64,000 nucleotides of DNA, from the NCBI GenBank assembly GCA_963678065.2, contig CAXXVZ010000003.1:1216001-1280000 (forward strand). The letters run 5' to 3'. The notes below the pieces were generated by a model. That model was not told the origin of the DNA. It ran no database searches and saw only the letters and a program-made list of their open reading frames with translations. Below are positions 1 to 12,516 of this stretch, one piece after another. The translations under genes were made by a program, and so were the position numbers. This stretch comes from Treponemataceae bacterium. GTDB lineage: Bacteria; Spirochaetota; Spirochaetia; Treponematales; Rectinemataceae. Position 1 is the first letter of the stretch. The number at the start of each line of letters is the position of its first letter.

Positions 1-737
1 CGCCAGGAGTAGATCGACTGATCATCGTCGCCGACGACGCAGACATTCTCGCCCGCTATCATGTGCATGAACTCGTACTGCTGGCTCGAAGTGTCCTGGA
101 ACTCGTCGATCATGATGTAGCAAAAGCGCTCGCGGTACTTCTGTCTGACTTCCGGGAAGCGTGCAAAGATATCGACCGGCATGGAGATGAGATCGTCGAA
201 ATCGACGGCGTTGAAAATTTTCAGCGCTCGGCGGTACTCGGCGAAAAGCCCCTTGTAGGCATCGTTCTCCCCGGCCCACTCGGCCCTGCCGCAGGCGACG
301 TCCGAGAAAATCTGCCCCACCTTGTACGCGTCGAAACCTTCCATTGTAAAGCCCAATTCGCGGGCGCAGTCCTTGATGGTCTGGGTCTTGTCGGTCTCGT
401 CGTAGATCGAGAAGTTATCCTTCCAGCCGAGGAGGTGGATCTCCTTTCTGAGAATCTTCACGCCGAAGGAGTGGAAGGTCGAGACGGTCAGGTCGCGCAG
501 CTTGCGTCCCGTGATCTCCTGGGCGCGGTTCGCCATCTCCCGCGCGGCCTTGTTCGTGAAGGTCAGCGCGAGTATGGCGCTCTGGGGGATGCCCCTCTCG
601 AGCATGTACGCGATGCGGAAGGTGATGACCCTCGTCTTGCCCGAGCCGGCGCCCGCGATGATGAGGACAGGGCCCTCCGTCGCGGTGACGGCCTCGTACT
701 GTTCCGGATTGAGTTCTTTCGAGTAATCGATGCGCAT
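1..737 (-). CDS. UvrD/PcrA/Rep-family ATP-dependent DNA helicase, N-terminal part (runs off the left edge)
   Basis: Own translation (absent from ORF track): MRIDYSKELNPEQYEAV...IIAGAGSGKTRVIT (Walker A), ALTFTNKAAREM, STFHSFG, DEFQDTS, VVGDDDQSIYSW. Confidence 0.93.
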   Translation of the reverse strand, partial: MRIDYSKELNPEQYEAVTATEGPVLIIAGAGSGKTRVITFRIAYMLERGIPQSAILALTFTNKAAREMANRAQEITGRKLRDLTVSTFHSFGVKILRKEIHLLGWKDNFSIYDETDKTQTIKDCARELGFTMEGFDAYKVGQIFSDVACGRAEWAGENDAYKGLFAEYRRALKIFNAVDFDDLISMPVDIFARFPEVRQKYRERFCYIMIDEFQDTSSQQYEFMHMIAGENVCVVGDDDQSIYSW

Positions 738-834
738 ATTGACCCTTGTCGTGCGGTATTTCCTGGGTTGTCCCGGGTCGACGATTCTGTGGTGTGGATA
801 TCGCGCTCGCCCCGGAGTGGGGCAGCTCGCCTGT

Positions 835-1314
835 CTAGATTTTTTTCGTGAAGAAAGAGAGAGCCCCGATTCCGAGACCGACAACCGCCGTGACGATGCA
901 GCCGGCCACGAAGACGCCGGCGGCCACGGCGAGTATGGTCTTCTTCTTCTCCATGCCCAGTATCCATCCCCCGAGGATGCCCGTCCAGGCACCTGTCAGG
1001 GGAAGCGGTATGGCGACGAAGACCATGAGTCCCCAGTAGCCGTATTTCTGGACGCTCTCGTGGACCTTGAGACGGGCCCGCTCGACGAAGCGGTCGAAGA
1101 AGTTCTTGTAGGCCTTCCATTTGTACAGAAGCTTGTGGAATGTGTTGAGAAAGAGGTAGGCGATCGGCCCCGCGAGGGCGTTGACCAGGATGCAGAAGAC
1201 AGCCGCCTGAAGAAGCGGCATGCCCTTGGCGACCGCGAAGGGAATGGCTCCGCGCAGTTCGGAAATGGGAAGAAGAGCGAGGAGGGCTGTGAGCCCGAGG
1301 TTTTGCAGGTCCAT
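835..1314 (-). CDS. Small multi-drug export / COG2426-type membrane protein
   Basis: LPISELRGAIP and FVAIPLPLTGAWTG motifs, hydrophobic helices. Confidence 0.85.
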   Translation of the reverse strand: MDLQNLGLTALLALLPISELRGAIPFAVAKGMPLLQAAVFCILVNALAGPIAYLFLNTFHKLLYKWKAYKNFFDRFVERARLKVHESVQKYGYWGLMVFVAIPLPLTGAWTGILGGWILGMEKKKTILAVAAGVFVAGCIVTAVVGLGIGALSFFTKKI

Positions 1315-1389
1315 CGCCAGAGTATACCGGCGTTTTCAGGCTTCGGGAAGGCCGGCGACTTCATTCGCGGCCGCAACCCGGTTCGCGAC

Positions 1390-2466
1390 CTATAGGGGAA
1401 CCTGAGCGCCACGCGCCGCAAGGAATCTCGAAAGGGCCTGCATAAAGGCCTCTTCGTCCGGAGGCAGCCAGACGATGCCGGGCAGGGCCCGGAAAAAGGT
1501 CATCTGCCGCTTCGCGTAGCGCCTCGTGTCGAGCTTGACGAGTTCTCTGATCCCTGCAAGGACGACTTTCCGGTCGAAGTCAAGAATCTGTCCTGATTCG
1601 GGATCGAAGAACTCGCGGTAGCCTATGGCCCTCATGCCGGGGTCCCGGGCGCGGTATCCCTTCGCGGCAAGGCCTCTGAACTCCTCCACGAGTCCTGAGT
1701 CGAACATGGCGTCGACGCGCCCGTCGATCCTCGCGTTGAGCTCCTCCCGCGGCCTTTCGATACCGACGACAAGGAAATCCTCGTCGTCGCGCAAACCTTC
1801 CCCGGCCGCGAAATCGGCCAATGGCCTTCCCGTGGCGCGGATAATCTCGAGCGCGCGGGTCAGTCTGTAGGTATCATTGACATGTATGCGTTCCGCCGAA
1901 ACCGGGTCGGATCTCTGAAGCTCCTCGCGCAGGGCCCCGACGCCGAGACGTTCGAGGTCGGAGGCCACACAGGCCCGGATCGCGGGATCGGCCGCGGGAG
2001 CGCCCGGGACCCCGCACAGGAAGTTGCGGACGTAAAAGCCGGTTCCCCCGCAGAGGACAGGGAGCCTGCCCTTCTGCCGTATCGCCGCACAGGCTTCGAC
2101 GGCGAGTCGGACAAAATCCCCTGCCGTGTACTGTTCGTCGGGGTCGCGGATATCGATGAGGTGGTGGGGAAGCCGGGAGAGAAGCGCCGGCTCGGGTTTG
2201 GCCGTCCCGATGTCCATGCCCCGGTAGGCCTGCATGGAATCCGCGCTGACAACCTCGGCGACAAAACTGCCCGGAACCTCGGCTCCGAAGCGGCCGCCGT
2301 CGAGACCACTGGAGTCGTCAACAACTCCGGGTTCACCGTCGGCAGGCAGGTCTTTGGCGATACAAAAGGCCCCCCCACCGAAAACCCGGTCGAGGAGCCC
2401 TGTTTTTCCCGAAGCGGTCGGACCGACGAGAACGACGGTCTTATTCTTCGATTGCCTTGTACTCAA
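1390..2466 (-). CDS. miaA: tRNA dimethylallyltransferase
   Basis: GPTASGKT, SADSMQAYRGMDIGTAKP, PHHLID, GGTGFY, AIGYRE, TRRYAKRQMTFF; probable TTG start at 2466 overlapping the rpoZ 3' end (start uncertain). Confidence 0.93.
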   Translation of the reverse strand: MSTRQSKNKTVVLVGPTASGKTGLLDRVFGGGAFCIAKDLPADGEPGVVDDSSGLDGGRFGAEVPGSFVAEVVSADSMQAYRGMDIGTAKPEPALLSRLPHHLIDIRDPDEQYTAGDFVRLAVEACAAIRQKGRLPVLCGGTGFYVRNFLCGVPGAPAADPAIRACVASDLERLGVGALREELQRSDPVSAERIHVNDTYRLTRALEIIRATGRPLADFAAGEGLRDDEDFLVVGIERPREELNARIDGRVDAMFDSGLVEEFRGLAAKGYRARDPGMRAIGYREFFDPESGQILDFDRKVVLAGIRELVKLDTRRYAKRQMTFFRALPGIVWLPPDEEAFMQALSRFLAARGAQVPL

Positions 2467-2635
2467 TGTCTTTCGCGAAAACCTGCCTGGTCGCGAGGGA
2501 AACCACCTTCCCGTTGCTCTTTTCGACATCCTCGTTCTTGATGACGCCGAGCTGGTAGGCCCGCCTCGTGATGGCCACGGTGATTTCGTAGGCGTTTCTG
2601 TCGTATTCGATGAGTTGCTCAAGAGGCATGATCAT
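2441..2635 (-). CDS. rpoZ: RNA polymerase omega subunit (short form)
   Basis: 64 aa, NAYEITVAITRRAYQL and KVVSLA motifs; AGGAG RBS. Confidence 0.75.
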   Translation of the reverse strand: MIMPLEQLIEYDRNAYEITVAITRRAYQLGVIKNEDVEKSNGKVVSLATRQVFAKDIEYKAIEE

Positions 2636-2712
2636 TTCGACTCCTCTTTTCTGTCATGGCGCCGCCAGGGTGTCACGGAGAAATCCGCGTGCTGCCCGGC
2701 GAGCGGTGCCGT

Positions 2713-3051
2713 TCAAAGTCCGGCTTCGAAAAGTCTTTTGTCCAGAGAGGCGAGGAGACTGCTCGCGGCCATTTCTCCCTCGTCGTTCGCCCTGCCTTCC
2801 TTGCCTTCTCCGGCCGCCTTCGCGTGACGGAGTTCATCCAGTAGGACGATACCGGCAAGGATCGAAAGCTTGAGCGGATCAGAAACGTGGGTCGCCGTCG
2901 AGAGTCTCGACATGCGGAGGCGGAGTTCAGAGACGAGATCATCCATATACTCGGGACTTTCGTCCGTCTGGATGGAGAACACGGTGCCCAGAAGGTCTAT
3001 ACGCACCTGGCTCGCGGCTTTTTCCTGTGGATCAGAAGATGTCGAGCTCAT
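2713..3051 (-). CDS. zapA: Cell division protein ZapA
   Basis: IDLLGTVFSIQTDESPEYM...DPLKLSILAGIVLLDEL; follows zapB-like gene. Confidence 0.8.
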   Translation of the reverse strand: MSSTSSDPQEKAASQVRIDLLGTVFSIQTDESPEYMDDLVSELRLRMSRLSTATHVSDPLKLSILAGIVLLDELRHAKAAGEGKEGRANDEGEMAASSLLASLDKRLFEAGL

Positions 3052-3841
3052 TTTCGGCTCCGGGAAATGTAGGCTCTTGAGTCGCTGGAGCTGTCGGGGT
3101 CCAGACAGCCGCCTCCTCCTCGAAGGCCCCAGAATCCTCTGAATCCGGCGCCGCTGTGGTGGCGGTTCCGGAACCGGCAAGCGCCGCGTCCAGCGCGGAT
3201 ACCGCGTCAGCGAACATGTCCGCTTCACGGACATCCTCGCCTGAGGCGCTTGCCTGGTGCTCGACGACAGGCTCGGTCCGCTCCGTCCCCGCAGTCTGGT
3301 CCGCCGACCGATCTTCGGTCGCCACGGCAGACGAAACGGCAGCGCTCTCTTCGTGCGCCTGGGCCGTCCTCGAGCCCAGCACGAGATCTTCGAAGGCGTC
3401 GAGCTTCTCGAGAGCATGCACGATGCCTTCCTCGATACGTGCCTGCTCGCGGCGCAACTCCTCGGCGCGGTTCTCGAGCTCGAAGGCCCTCGCCTCCGCG
3501 CGCGCGGCTTTTTCCTCGAGCGCGATGGCGCGGGCTTCCCGCTCGGAGAGCCTGGCCGAAAGTTCGGGTATCTTGGCTTCGGCCACCGCGGTGCGAGCCT
3601 CGAATGCCGAGGCCCGGGCCTCGGCAGCCTGGAGCGCCGTCTGGCCCTCGGCTTCGCGCCTGGCCAGAACTTCCACGCGGGCCTCGAGCTCGGCGCTGCG
3701 GCTCTCGGCCGCGCCCTGCCTGGACTGGGCTTCCGCGAGGCGGCGCCCCAGACCTTCGTTCTCGCCGCGAAGTTCGCGAATGAGTACGACCGCCTTTTCT
3801 ACCCTCGCTTCAAGGGCGCGGATTTGCTCGAGGCTTATCAT
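3032..3841 (-). CDS. zapB: ZapB-like coiled-coil protein with acidic C-terminal tail
   Basis: MISLEQIRALEARVEKAVVLIRELRGEN, long heptad pattern, located between rplT and zapA. Confidence 0.7.
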   Translation of the reverse strand: MISLEQIRALEARVEKAVVLIRELRGENEGLGRRLAEAQSRQGAAESRSAELEARVEVLARREAEGQTALQAAEARASAFEARTAVAEAKIPELSARLSEREARAIALEEKAARAEARAFELENRAEELRREQARIEEGIVHALEKLDAFEDLVLGSRTAQAHEESAAVSSAVATEDRSADQTAGTERTEPVVEHQASASGEDVREADMFADAVSALDAALAGSGTATTAAPDSEDSGAFEEEAAVWTPTAPATQEPTFPGAENELDIF

Positions 3842-3845
3842 GGTC

Positions 3846-4205
3846 TCAGGCCGCCAAAGCCGCTTTGGCCTTCTCCACGATGGCCGTGAACGCGGCCAGA
3901 TCGCGGACGGCGAGGTCGGCGAGCATCTTGCGGTCGACAAGAATGTTGGCCTTGTTCATGCCTTCGATGAAGCGGCTGTAGGAGATGTCCTGGGCCCTGC
4001 AGGCGGCGTTGATGCGGGCGATCCACAGATTGCGGAAGGTGCCCTTCTTGTCCTTGCGATCCCTGTAAGCGTAGGACAGAGCCTTCGCGACCGCGTCTTT
4101 GGCGACTTTGTAGTTGGAATGCCTGCGGCCCCAAAAGCCCTTGGCATGTCCGAGTATCTTTTTCCGATGTTCTTTTCGTTTGGAACCGTCTACCGCTCTC
4201 GGCAT
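3846..4205 (-). CDS. rplT: 50S ribosomal protein L20
   Basis: [36 protein letters not shown]. Confidence 0.98.
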   Translation of the reverse strand: MPRAVDGSKRKEHRKKILGHAKGFWGRRHSNYKVAKDAVAKALSYAYRDRKDKKGTFRNLWIARINAACRAQDISYSRFIEGMNKANILVDRKMLADLAVRDLAAFTAIVEKAKAALAA

Positions 4206-4299
4206 GTGCGTTCTCCTCTCATATTACGGTCATAATCCCGCTCGCTCTCAATGGCGTCGAGGGTCCGGTCCGACGGGGCTTCATTCCGGACCCCTGAAA

Positions 4300-4500
4300 T
4301 CAGCCGTAGGGAAGGAGCTTCTTCTTGATCTGGCCAGTGGCGCAGGGAGCGACGAAACCGGCTTTCCGGAGGCCTCTCTTGCGCTTGGTGGTTTTCTTGG
4401 TGAGAATATGGCGAAGATTCATCTTCTTGTACTTTACCTTGCCGCTCGCGGTCAGCGAATAACGCTTGGCGGCGGCTTTCTTCGTCTTCATCTTGGGCAT
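4300..4500 (-). CDS. rpmI: 50S ribosomal protein L35
   Basis: [14 protein letters not shown]...[15 protein letters not shown]. Confidence 0.98.
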   Translation of the reverse strand: MPKMKTKKAAAKRYSLTASGKVKYKKMNLRHILTKKTTKRKRGLRKAGFVAPCATGQIKKKLLPYG

Positions 4501-4528
4501 GATCTACCGTCCTTCGTGTCGATACAAA

Positions 4529-5098
4529 CTATTGTTGGCCGCCATCGGCCGGGGCAGGCTCCTCGGCGGCAGGTTTCTTGATGATCGAGATCTTGGGCTG
4601 GAGGATCATAGACATGAAGCGGCCTTCCATGAGTGGAGGCTTCTCCATGATATAGTATCCCTCGAGCTTGCCGAGGACCCGCTTGAGGACCTGCTCGCCG
4701 ATCTCGGTGTGGGCCAGTTCGCGTCCGCGGAAGCGGATGGTGACCTTGACCTTGAAGCCCTGCTCGAGAAAGTCTCTGACATGCTCGGACTTGAAATCGA
4801 GGTCGTGACCCGCAATCTTCGGCTGCATGCGGATTTCCTTGAGTTCGCCGACCTTCGTCTTCTTCCGGGAATCCTTGACTTTCTTTTCCTGCTCGAACTT
4901 GAACTTGCCATAGTTCAAGAGCTTGCATACGGGCGGAATCGACTGGGGGGCCACTTCGACGAGGTCGAGACCGAGCTCTCTCGCCGTGCGGATGGCTTCG
5001 AGCGTCGGGATGATACCCTTCTGCTCGCCCTGATCATCGATGAGCCTGACTTCACGCACGCGGATCTGTTCGTTGATCCGCAAGTCCTTGTCTGCCAA
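4529..5098 (-). CDS. infC: Translation initiation factor IF-3
   Basis: [46 protein letters not shown] start after AAGGAGGT. Confidence 0.97.
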   Translation of the reverse strand: MADKDLRINEQIRVREVRLIDDQGEQKGIIPTLEAIRTARELGLDLVEVAPQSIPPVCKLLNYGKFKFEQEKKVKDSRKKTKVGELKEIRMQPKIAGHDLDFKSEHVRDFLEQGFKVKVTIRFRGRELAHTEIGEQVLKRVLGKLEGYYIMEKPPLMEGRFMSMILQPKISIIKKPAAEEPAPADGGQQ

Positions 5099-5330
5099 CT
5101 GACCTCCTTCGGCAACGGCTCCGCAACGGACGGAACCAGGCCCCGCAAGCGCGGAACCGTGGCAAGTACTTTAGCACAGCCGGAGCGAACGCGTAAAGGC
5201 CCGCGGAGGGATAAACGCCTATACCATTGCAGGAAAAAGCACAATGACTCTGCCGCTCACGGACAGCGCCGCCAGGGCGGGCTGCGGGCGTCTTGTGGCG
5301 GGCGCGGATACCGTGGTAACTTTTATCTGT

Positions 5331-6071
5331 ATGTATGTCTTTTCATGCCTCGCCCCCGCGCTCGCCTTCTATATTCTCTTCGCGCTGTTCTATCCCATCG
5401 CGGAGCGGAGAGCCACTCTGAGGATCTGGGTCCGGGGACTCGCGTTCTCGCTTCCTCTCGTTTTTCTCTCAAGACTTGCAGGATCTCTCGTCCCCGCCCT
5501 CTATGGCAGCATTCTCTCGCCCTTCCACGAGGCGGCCGACCGCTTCCTGCCCTACGCGCTCCTTCCCGGAGCCCTTTATGCCCTGTTCAAGCACAGACGC
5601 GACATGGCCAGGGAAGGAGCTGCCCGGAGGAGTTTGACGGCCTTCTATGCCGGCTCACTCTCGCTCACCGGATTCGCCGAAATTTTCCACACCGTCGAGG
5701 CGCCCTCCATTTTCGTGCTCTTCGCGCTCCCCCTGCTGACTTTTTCCGTCATGCTCGTCGCTCCCCGTTTCTGGGCCGGCCTCGGGAACATGGCGGAGGA
5801 TCCGGTGCCGCGCCGTCCCTTTGCCGGACTGCCTCTCCTGCCCGCCCGGAAAGGCGACGCTCTGGTGAGGCGCGCGGCCGATTTCCTGCGGAAGATGACA
5901 TTTACGGCGAAGCTGCGGCTCTGGCTCTACTTCGCGGGCATCTGTCTCACCGCATCCCTCGTGCCCGAATTTTTCAGGCACCGCCAGTGGTTTTTCGCCT
6001 GGCCGCTCACGCTGGGCATCGCTCTCCTTTCCTGGACATTCGCGCTGCCGGGACTGCGGGCCGGAGAATGA
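5331..6071 (+). CDS. Hypothetical multi-pass membrane protein
   Basis: Several hydrophobic segments; ATG 5331 preferred over 5244 because a -35/-10 pair (TTGTGG-18-TAACTT) lies directly before it. Confidence 0.6.
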   Translation: MYVFSCLAPALAFYILFALFYPIAERRATLRIWVRGLAFSLPLVFLSRLAGSLVPALYGSILSPFHEAADRFLPYALLPGALYALFKHRRDMAREGAARRSLTAFYAGSLSLTGFAEIFHTVEAPSIFVLFALPLLTFSVMLVAPRFWAGLGNMAEDPVPRRPFAGLPLLPARKGDALVRRAADFLRKMTFTAKLRLWLYFAGICLTASLVPEFFRHRQWFFAWPLTLGIALLSWTFALPGLRAGE

Positions 6072-6119
6072 CAGACCAGGTCTGAACACCCTTCCTTCAA
6101 CCGGGGTCTCAACCCGGAA

Positions 6120-6157
6120 AACAAAGAACCGCGCCCCGGAAGGCGCGGTTCTTTGTT
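6120..6157. terminator. Probable bidirectional intrinsic terminator
   Basis: Perfect 16-bp inverted repeat AACAAAGAACCGCGCC/GGCGCGGTTCTTTGTT between convergent genes. Confidence 0.8.
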
Positions 6158-6263
6158 CACAGGGCCAGTCTCCCCGATGGAAGGCCAGCGCTGAAGGGTA
6201 TGCGATTCTCCTTGCGAATCAGCAACCTCGCAGCGAGCTGCAGAGAATGGACCCACATGCGAA

Positions 6264-7262
6264 TCAGGCTTTGCCGGCCGATCCGAGGACTTCGATATTC
6301 TTGTGCGCGTAGAGCTTCTTGAGCTCGTCTCGGGCCGGCCCCAAGTACTTGCGGGGATCGAACTCGTCGGGCTTCTCGGTGAGGACCTTGCGGATGAGGG
6401 CGGTCATGGCGAGCCTGCCGTCGGAGTCGATGTTGATCTTGCAGACGGCGCTCTTGGCGGCGCGGCGGAGCTGCTCCTCGGGGATGCCGACGGAGTCGGT
6501 GAGCTTCCCGCCGTATTTCTCGATCATCTTCACGTACTCGATGGGCACGCTGGAGGAGCCGTGGAGGACGATGGGGAAGCCGGGGATGCGCTTCTCGATC
6601 TCTTCGAGGATGTCGAAGCGGAGCGGGGGCGGGATGAGGATGCCGTCGGCGGTCCTGGTACACTGCTCGGGCTTGAACTTGGTGCGGCCGTGGCTGGTTC
6701 CGATGGAGATGGCGAGACTGTCGACGCCGGTCTTCTTCACGAAGTCCTGGACTTCCGCGGGCTGAGTGTAGTTCGAGTGCTCGGCGGAGACTTCATCCTC
6801 GACGCCGGCGAGAACGCCGAGTTCGCCTTCCACCGAGACATAGTCGGGGCGGGAGTGGGCGTACTCGCAGACTTTCTTGGTCAGGGCGACGTTCTCGTCG
6901 TAGGGGAGATGGGAACCGTCGATCATGACGCTGGAGAAGCCAGACTCGATGCAGTCCTTGCAGAGCTCGAAGCTGTCGCCGTGGTCGAGGTGGAGAACGA
7001 TCGGGACGGCTACCCCGAGTTCCTTGGCATATTCGACGGCACCCTTGGCCATGTTGCGCAGGAGTGTGGAGTTGGCGTACTTGCGGGCTCCGGCGGAAAC
7101 CTGGAGGATGACCGGGCTCTTCGTCTCGACGCAGGCCTGGATGATCGCCTGCATCTGCTCCATGTTGTTGAAATTGTAGGCGGGAATGGCGTATCCGCCG
7201 GCGACTGCTTTTTTGAACAGGTCGACGGTGTTCACCAGGCCCAGTTCCTTATAGCTTGTCAT
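6264..7262 (-). CDS. fba: Class II fructose-1,6-bisphosphate aldolase
   Basis: AYNFNNME, LHLDHG, FSSVMIDGS, VEGELG, IGTSHG, VLHGSS, KINIDSD, FDPRKYL. Confidence 0.96.
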   Translation of the reverse strand: MTSYKELGLVNTVDLFKKAVAGGYAIPAYNFNNMEQMQAIIQACVETKSPVILQVSAGARKYANSTLLRNMAKGAVEYAKELGVAVPIVLHLDHGDSFELCKDCIESGFSSVMIDGSHLPYDENVALTKKVCEYAHSRPDYVSVEGELGVLAGVEDEVSAEHSNYTQPAEVQDFVKKTGVDSLAISIGTSHGRTKFKPEQCTRTADGILIPPPLRFDILEEIEKRIPGFPIVLHGSSSVPIEYVKMIEKYGGKLTDSVGIPEEQLRRAAKSAVCKINIDSDGRLAMTALIRKVLTEKPDEFDPRKYLGPARDELKKLYAHKNIEVLGSAGKA

Positions 7263-7488
7263 GTGGACTCCTTTCGATAGAAACGTATTGAGTCGCTGTC
7301 ATTCTAAAAACCCGCGTATGGACGCGTCAAGGCCCGTACGTTACCATAGGCCCGTGACATGCAGACATTCCTTGTCAAAGGGCAGAAAAACACGCGGTTT
7401 TCCGACAAAAGCATCTGGACGCTTTGACCGACAGAGAGGTCGGAGCAGTCCGGCCAGGCTCCGGCGAAGGCGGGCGGGCGGAGGATCG

Positions 7489-8571
7489 ATGAGCCCGCTT
7501 CTCCTTATTTCGGCTATGATGGTCGCCTTCCTGGCCGCCATCGGTTGCAGCTCCGGGAAGTCCTCGACCCTGGTCGTTCTGGACGAGGCATTCAGGGCGA
7601 TCCGTCCCGACCTTTCAGCGTCGCTTTCCCGCCTCGATACGGCGGGGAAACTGCCCGGCAGGAAAATCGCAGGCGGGGAGTACTCGTACGGCGACGGCAC
7701 CGAGGCGCTCGCGAAGGATATCGCTGCGGCGAAAAAGCGCGCGCACGGCGTCGGACTCCTCGTCGCTTCGCCGCTCGTGGCAGCCCGGGCGGGAATCCTG
7801 CCGGCCGGAGTGCCCCTCGTCGTGGTGGACGGCCCCGCCCCTTCAGGACCAGGCATCTTCTCCATAAAAACCGACCGGGCAAGAGCCTATCGCGCCGCGG
7901 GCAGGGCCGCGGGCATCTACCTCGCCTCCCTGCCTTCCCATGAGACTCCGGCTGCCCCCCACCCTGCGATGCCATCCGCGTCTTCGCCTGCGGAAATCCC
8001 TGCCCTCCGGCCCGGCTGTGGGATAGTCTTCGCGCCCTCTTTCTCGAGACAGACGGGCCTCATCGCGGAATTCGAGGCGGGCTACAGGGAAGGCTGGGCA
8101 GAGGCCTCGGGGCCGGCGCCAGCGGGCGGACCGCCGCCGGTCTTCATGGAGATGGTGTCCACGGCGGGGGCCGCCGACCCCAACAAGGCTTCCATCGATT
8201 TTGTCGATTCCGCCGGAGAGACCGACGCCGCAGTGAAGAAACTCCTCGAACATGACCTCAAGGTCATCTTCTTTGCCTGCGGACGGATACAGGAGGCATT
8301 CCGGACCGCGTCGGAACACCCGGACATCATCGTCGGCCTGGACGAAATCGGCTCCGATCCCCTTCCCGGGATGGCCTTCCGGATCGTTCCCGACGAGAAG
8401 GCCATTGCGAAGGCGGTAGCCGCGCTGAGGGGAGCGATCCTGTCCGGCAGGGAAAACGGAGATTCCACGGTCGGCATCCCCGCCCTCCTCGTTCCGGGCG
8501 CGAAAAAGGATCTCGAACGCGGGGGAGTGTCTTTCGGGGCGGCCTTGAAGAAAGCGAAGAAGGCTCCATGA
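7489..8571 (+). CDS. Putative lipoprotein, possibly periplasmic-binding-protein-like
   Basis: Hydrophobic N-terminus ending in lipobox-like AAIGC; Pro/Ala-rich inserts; no clear family. Confidence 0.55.
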   Translation: MSPLLLISAMMVAFLAAIGCSSGKSSTLVVLDEAFRAIRPDLSASLSRLDTAGKLPGRKIAGGEYSYGDGTEALAKDIAAAKKRAHGVGLLVASPLVAARAGILPAGVPLVVVDGPAPSGPGIFSIKTDRARAYRAAGRAAGIYLASLPSHETPAAPHPAMPSASSPAEIPALRPGCGIVFAPSFSRQTGLIAEFEAGYREGWAEASGPAPAGGPPPVFMEMVSTAGAADPNKASIDFVDSAGETDAAVKKLLEHDLKVIFFACGRIQEAFRTASEHPDIIVGLDEIGSDPLPGMAFRIVPDEKAIAKAVAALRGAILSGRENGDSTVGIPALLVPGAKKDLERGGVSFGAALKKAKKAP

Positions 8572-8587
8572 TTTCCCTGCGCCCCTG

Positions 8588-9399
8588 TCAGCCGCCGAAC
8601 AGGGCGCGTGCATTCCGGGCGACGAGAGCCGATAGAGCTTCCGGGCTCGTGCCGCGGAGTTCCGCTATATAACGGTAGGTCCGCTCTATGTCGAGGCTGG
8701 TCGAGGGTTTTCCACGCGCAGGCAGGGGATTCATGTAGGGAGCGTCGGTTTCCAGAAGAAGGCGCTCCTCCGGCACGGACAGACATGCCTTGCGCAGGAC
8801 GCTCGCCGACTTGTAGGTGACATTCCCCGCAAAAGAGAGCATGCAGCCGAGAGAGAGGAAGCGCTCCGCCTCGGCCGGCCCGTAGCCGAAGCAGTGGATT
8901 ATGACAGGTACGGACAGCTGTGCCGCCGCAATGATGTCGATAGTATCCGCGGCCGCGTCCCTCGAGTGCACGATCACAGGCTTTCTGTGCGATTCGGCCA
9001 GGGCCAACTGCCCCTCGAAGAGGCGCCTCTGAGCTTCCCGCGAGGCATTCATGTGGTGGTAGTCGGGCCCGCATTCGCCGATCGCCCGGCAGCGGATATC
9101 CGCCGCGTGGGGAGCGAGCAGCGCGAGGGCGCGCTCCGGATCATCCAGGGCTCTCTTCGAAGGCCAGATACCCGCCGCCAGCCTCACGAAGGACAGATGG
9201 CCGAAACGCTCCGCGCGGCCGGCAAAATCCTCCGCTTCGACCCCGGGATCGACGAGAATCGCGCGGGAGCCTGCCTCGCTGGCCGCCGTGTAGGCGCGGA
9301 GCATCGCATCGAGAGCCGCCTCGCCGGGACGGTCGGCGATGTACGAGAGATGGGCGTGCGTGTCCGTGAATATGGCCGCCCCACCCGGGCCGCCGCCCG

Positions 9400-9403
<4 letters not shown>
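8588..9403 (-). CDS. tatD: TatD-family metal-dependent hydrolase/DNase
   Basis: [24 protein letters not shown]. Confidence 0.92.
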
Positions 9404-11982
<2,579 letters not shown>

Positions 11983-12018
11983 GTTTTGTCCTTTATTCCG
12001 AAAATAGCCACGCGGCCG

Positions 12019-12118
12019 GCGCCGGGGCAAGTTCGGGCGCCGAGGCGCCGGGGCTAGTTTGCGCGCCGAGGGCCGGGGCTGGTTTATGCGCCGAGGCGCA
12101 GGGGCAAGAGGTTCGGGG
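12019..12118. repeat. Degenerate GC-rich tandem repeat, about 3.5 copies of a 25-26 bp unit
   Basis: GCGCCGGGGCAAGTTCGGGCGCCGAG / GCGCCGGGGCTAGTTTGCGCGCCGAG / GGCCGGGGCTGGTTTATGCGCCGAG / GCGCAGGGGCAAG. Confidence 0.75.
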
Positions 12119-12145
12119 ACTCGCCCAGCGGAAGGCAGTCGCGGC

Positions 12146-12174
12146 TTGCACGGCTTCGGGCATTGGGCTAGAGT
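12146..12174 (+). promoter_or_regulatory. Sigma70-type promoter for the DUF3783 gene
   Basis: TTGCAC-17-TAGAGT, ATG 7 nt downstream. Confidence 0.55.
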
Positions 12175-12181
12175 CGGAGCC

Positions 12182-12391
12182 ATGGAAAACAAGGTTGTCG
12201 TACTGCACGGGTTCACGCAGGAAGAGGCCGTCGCGGCCATGAGGGCCCTGAAAGCGGGATTGCCCTCGGCGAAAGACGCGGCTTTCGCCATGACCACAGA
12301 GACCAACCTCGGATGGAAGGTTGCCGATCTCGTCGAACACGTCTCTGAAGAACACGAAGCCGTAAAAAAGGCGATGGCCGCACGACCCTGA
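12182..12391 (+). CDS. DUF3783-like small protein
   Basis: VVVLHGF...[24 protein letters not shown]. Confidence 0.75.
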   Translation: MENKVVVLHGFTQEEAVAAMRALKAGLPSAKDAAFAMTTETNLGWKVADLVEHVSEEHEAVKKAMAARP

Positions 12392-12516
12392 ACCCCGCCG
12401 GGAGGGTGGCGGCCGTCGGCCGGTCCTGGCCATAGTCAGGCTGGGATAGTGCGGCAGGCAGGAAGACGTCTGTGGCCGGACGCTTTCGCCGATCGGACAC
12501 AGGCGGGCAGGGCTGC

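Noticed and set aside
2636..2712. 6S RNA, often found after zapA
   Set aside because: Gap is only 77 bp, too short for a typical 6S RNA
12019..12118. Possible mini CRISPR array (also considered for 23351, 26058, 41439, 45106 repeats)
   Set aside because: Only 2-4 adjacent or degenerate copies, no regular unique spacers, no cas genes
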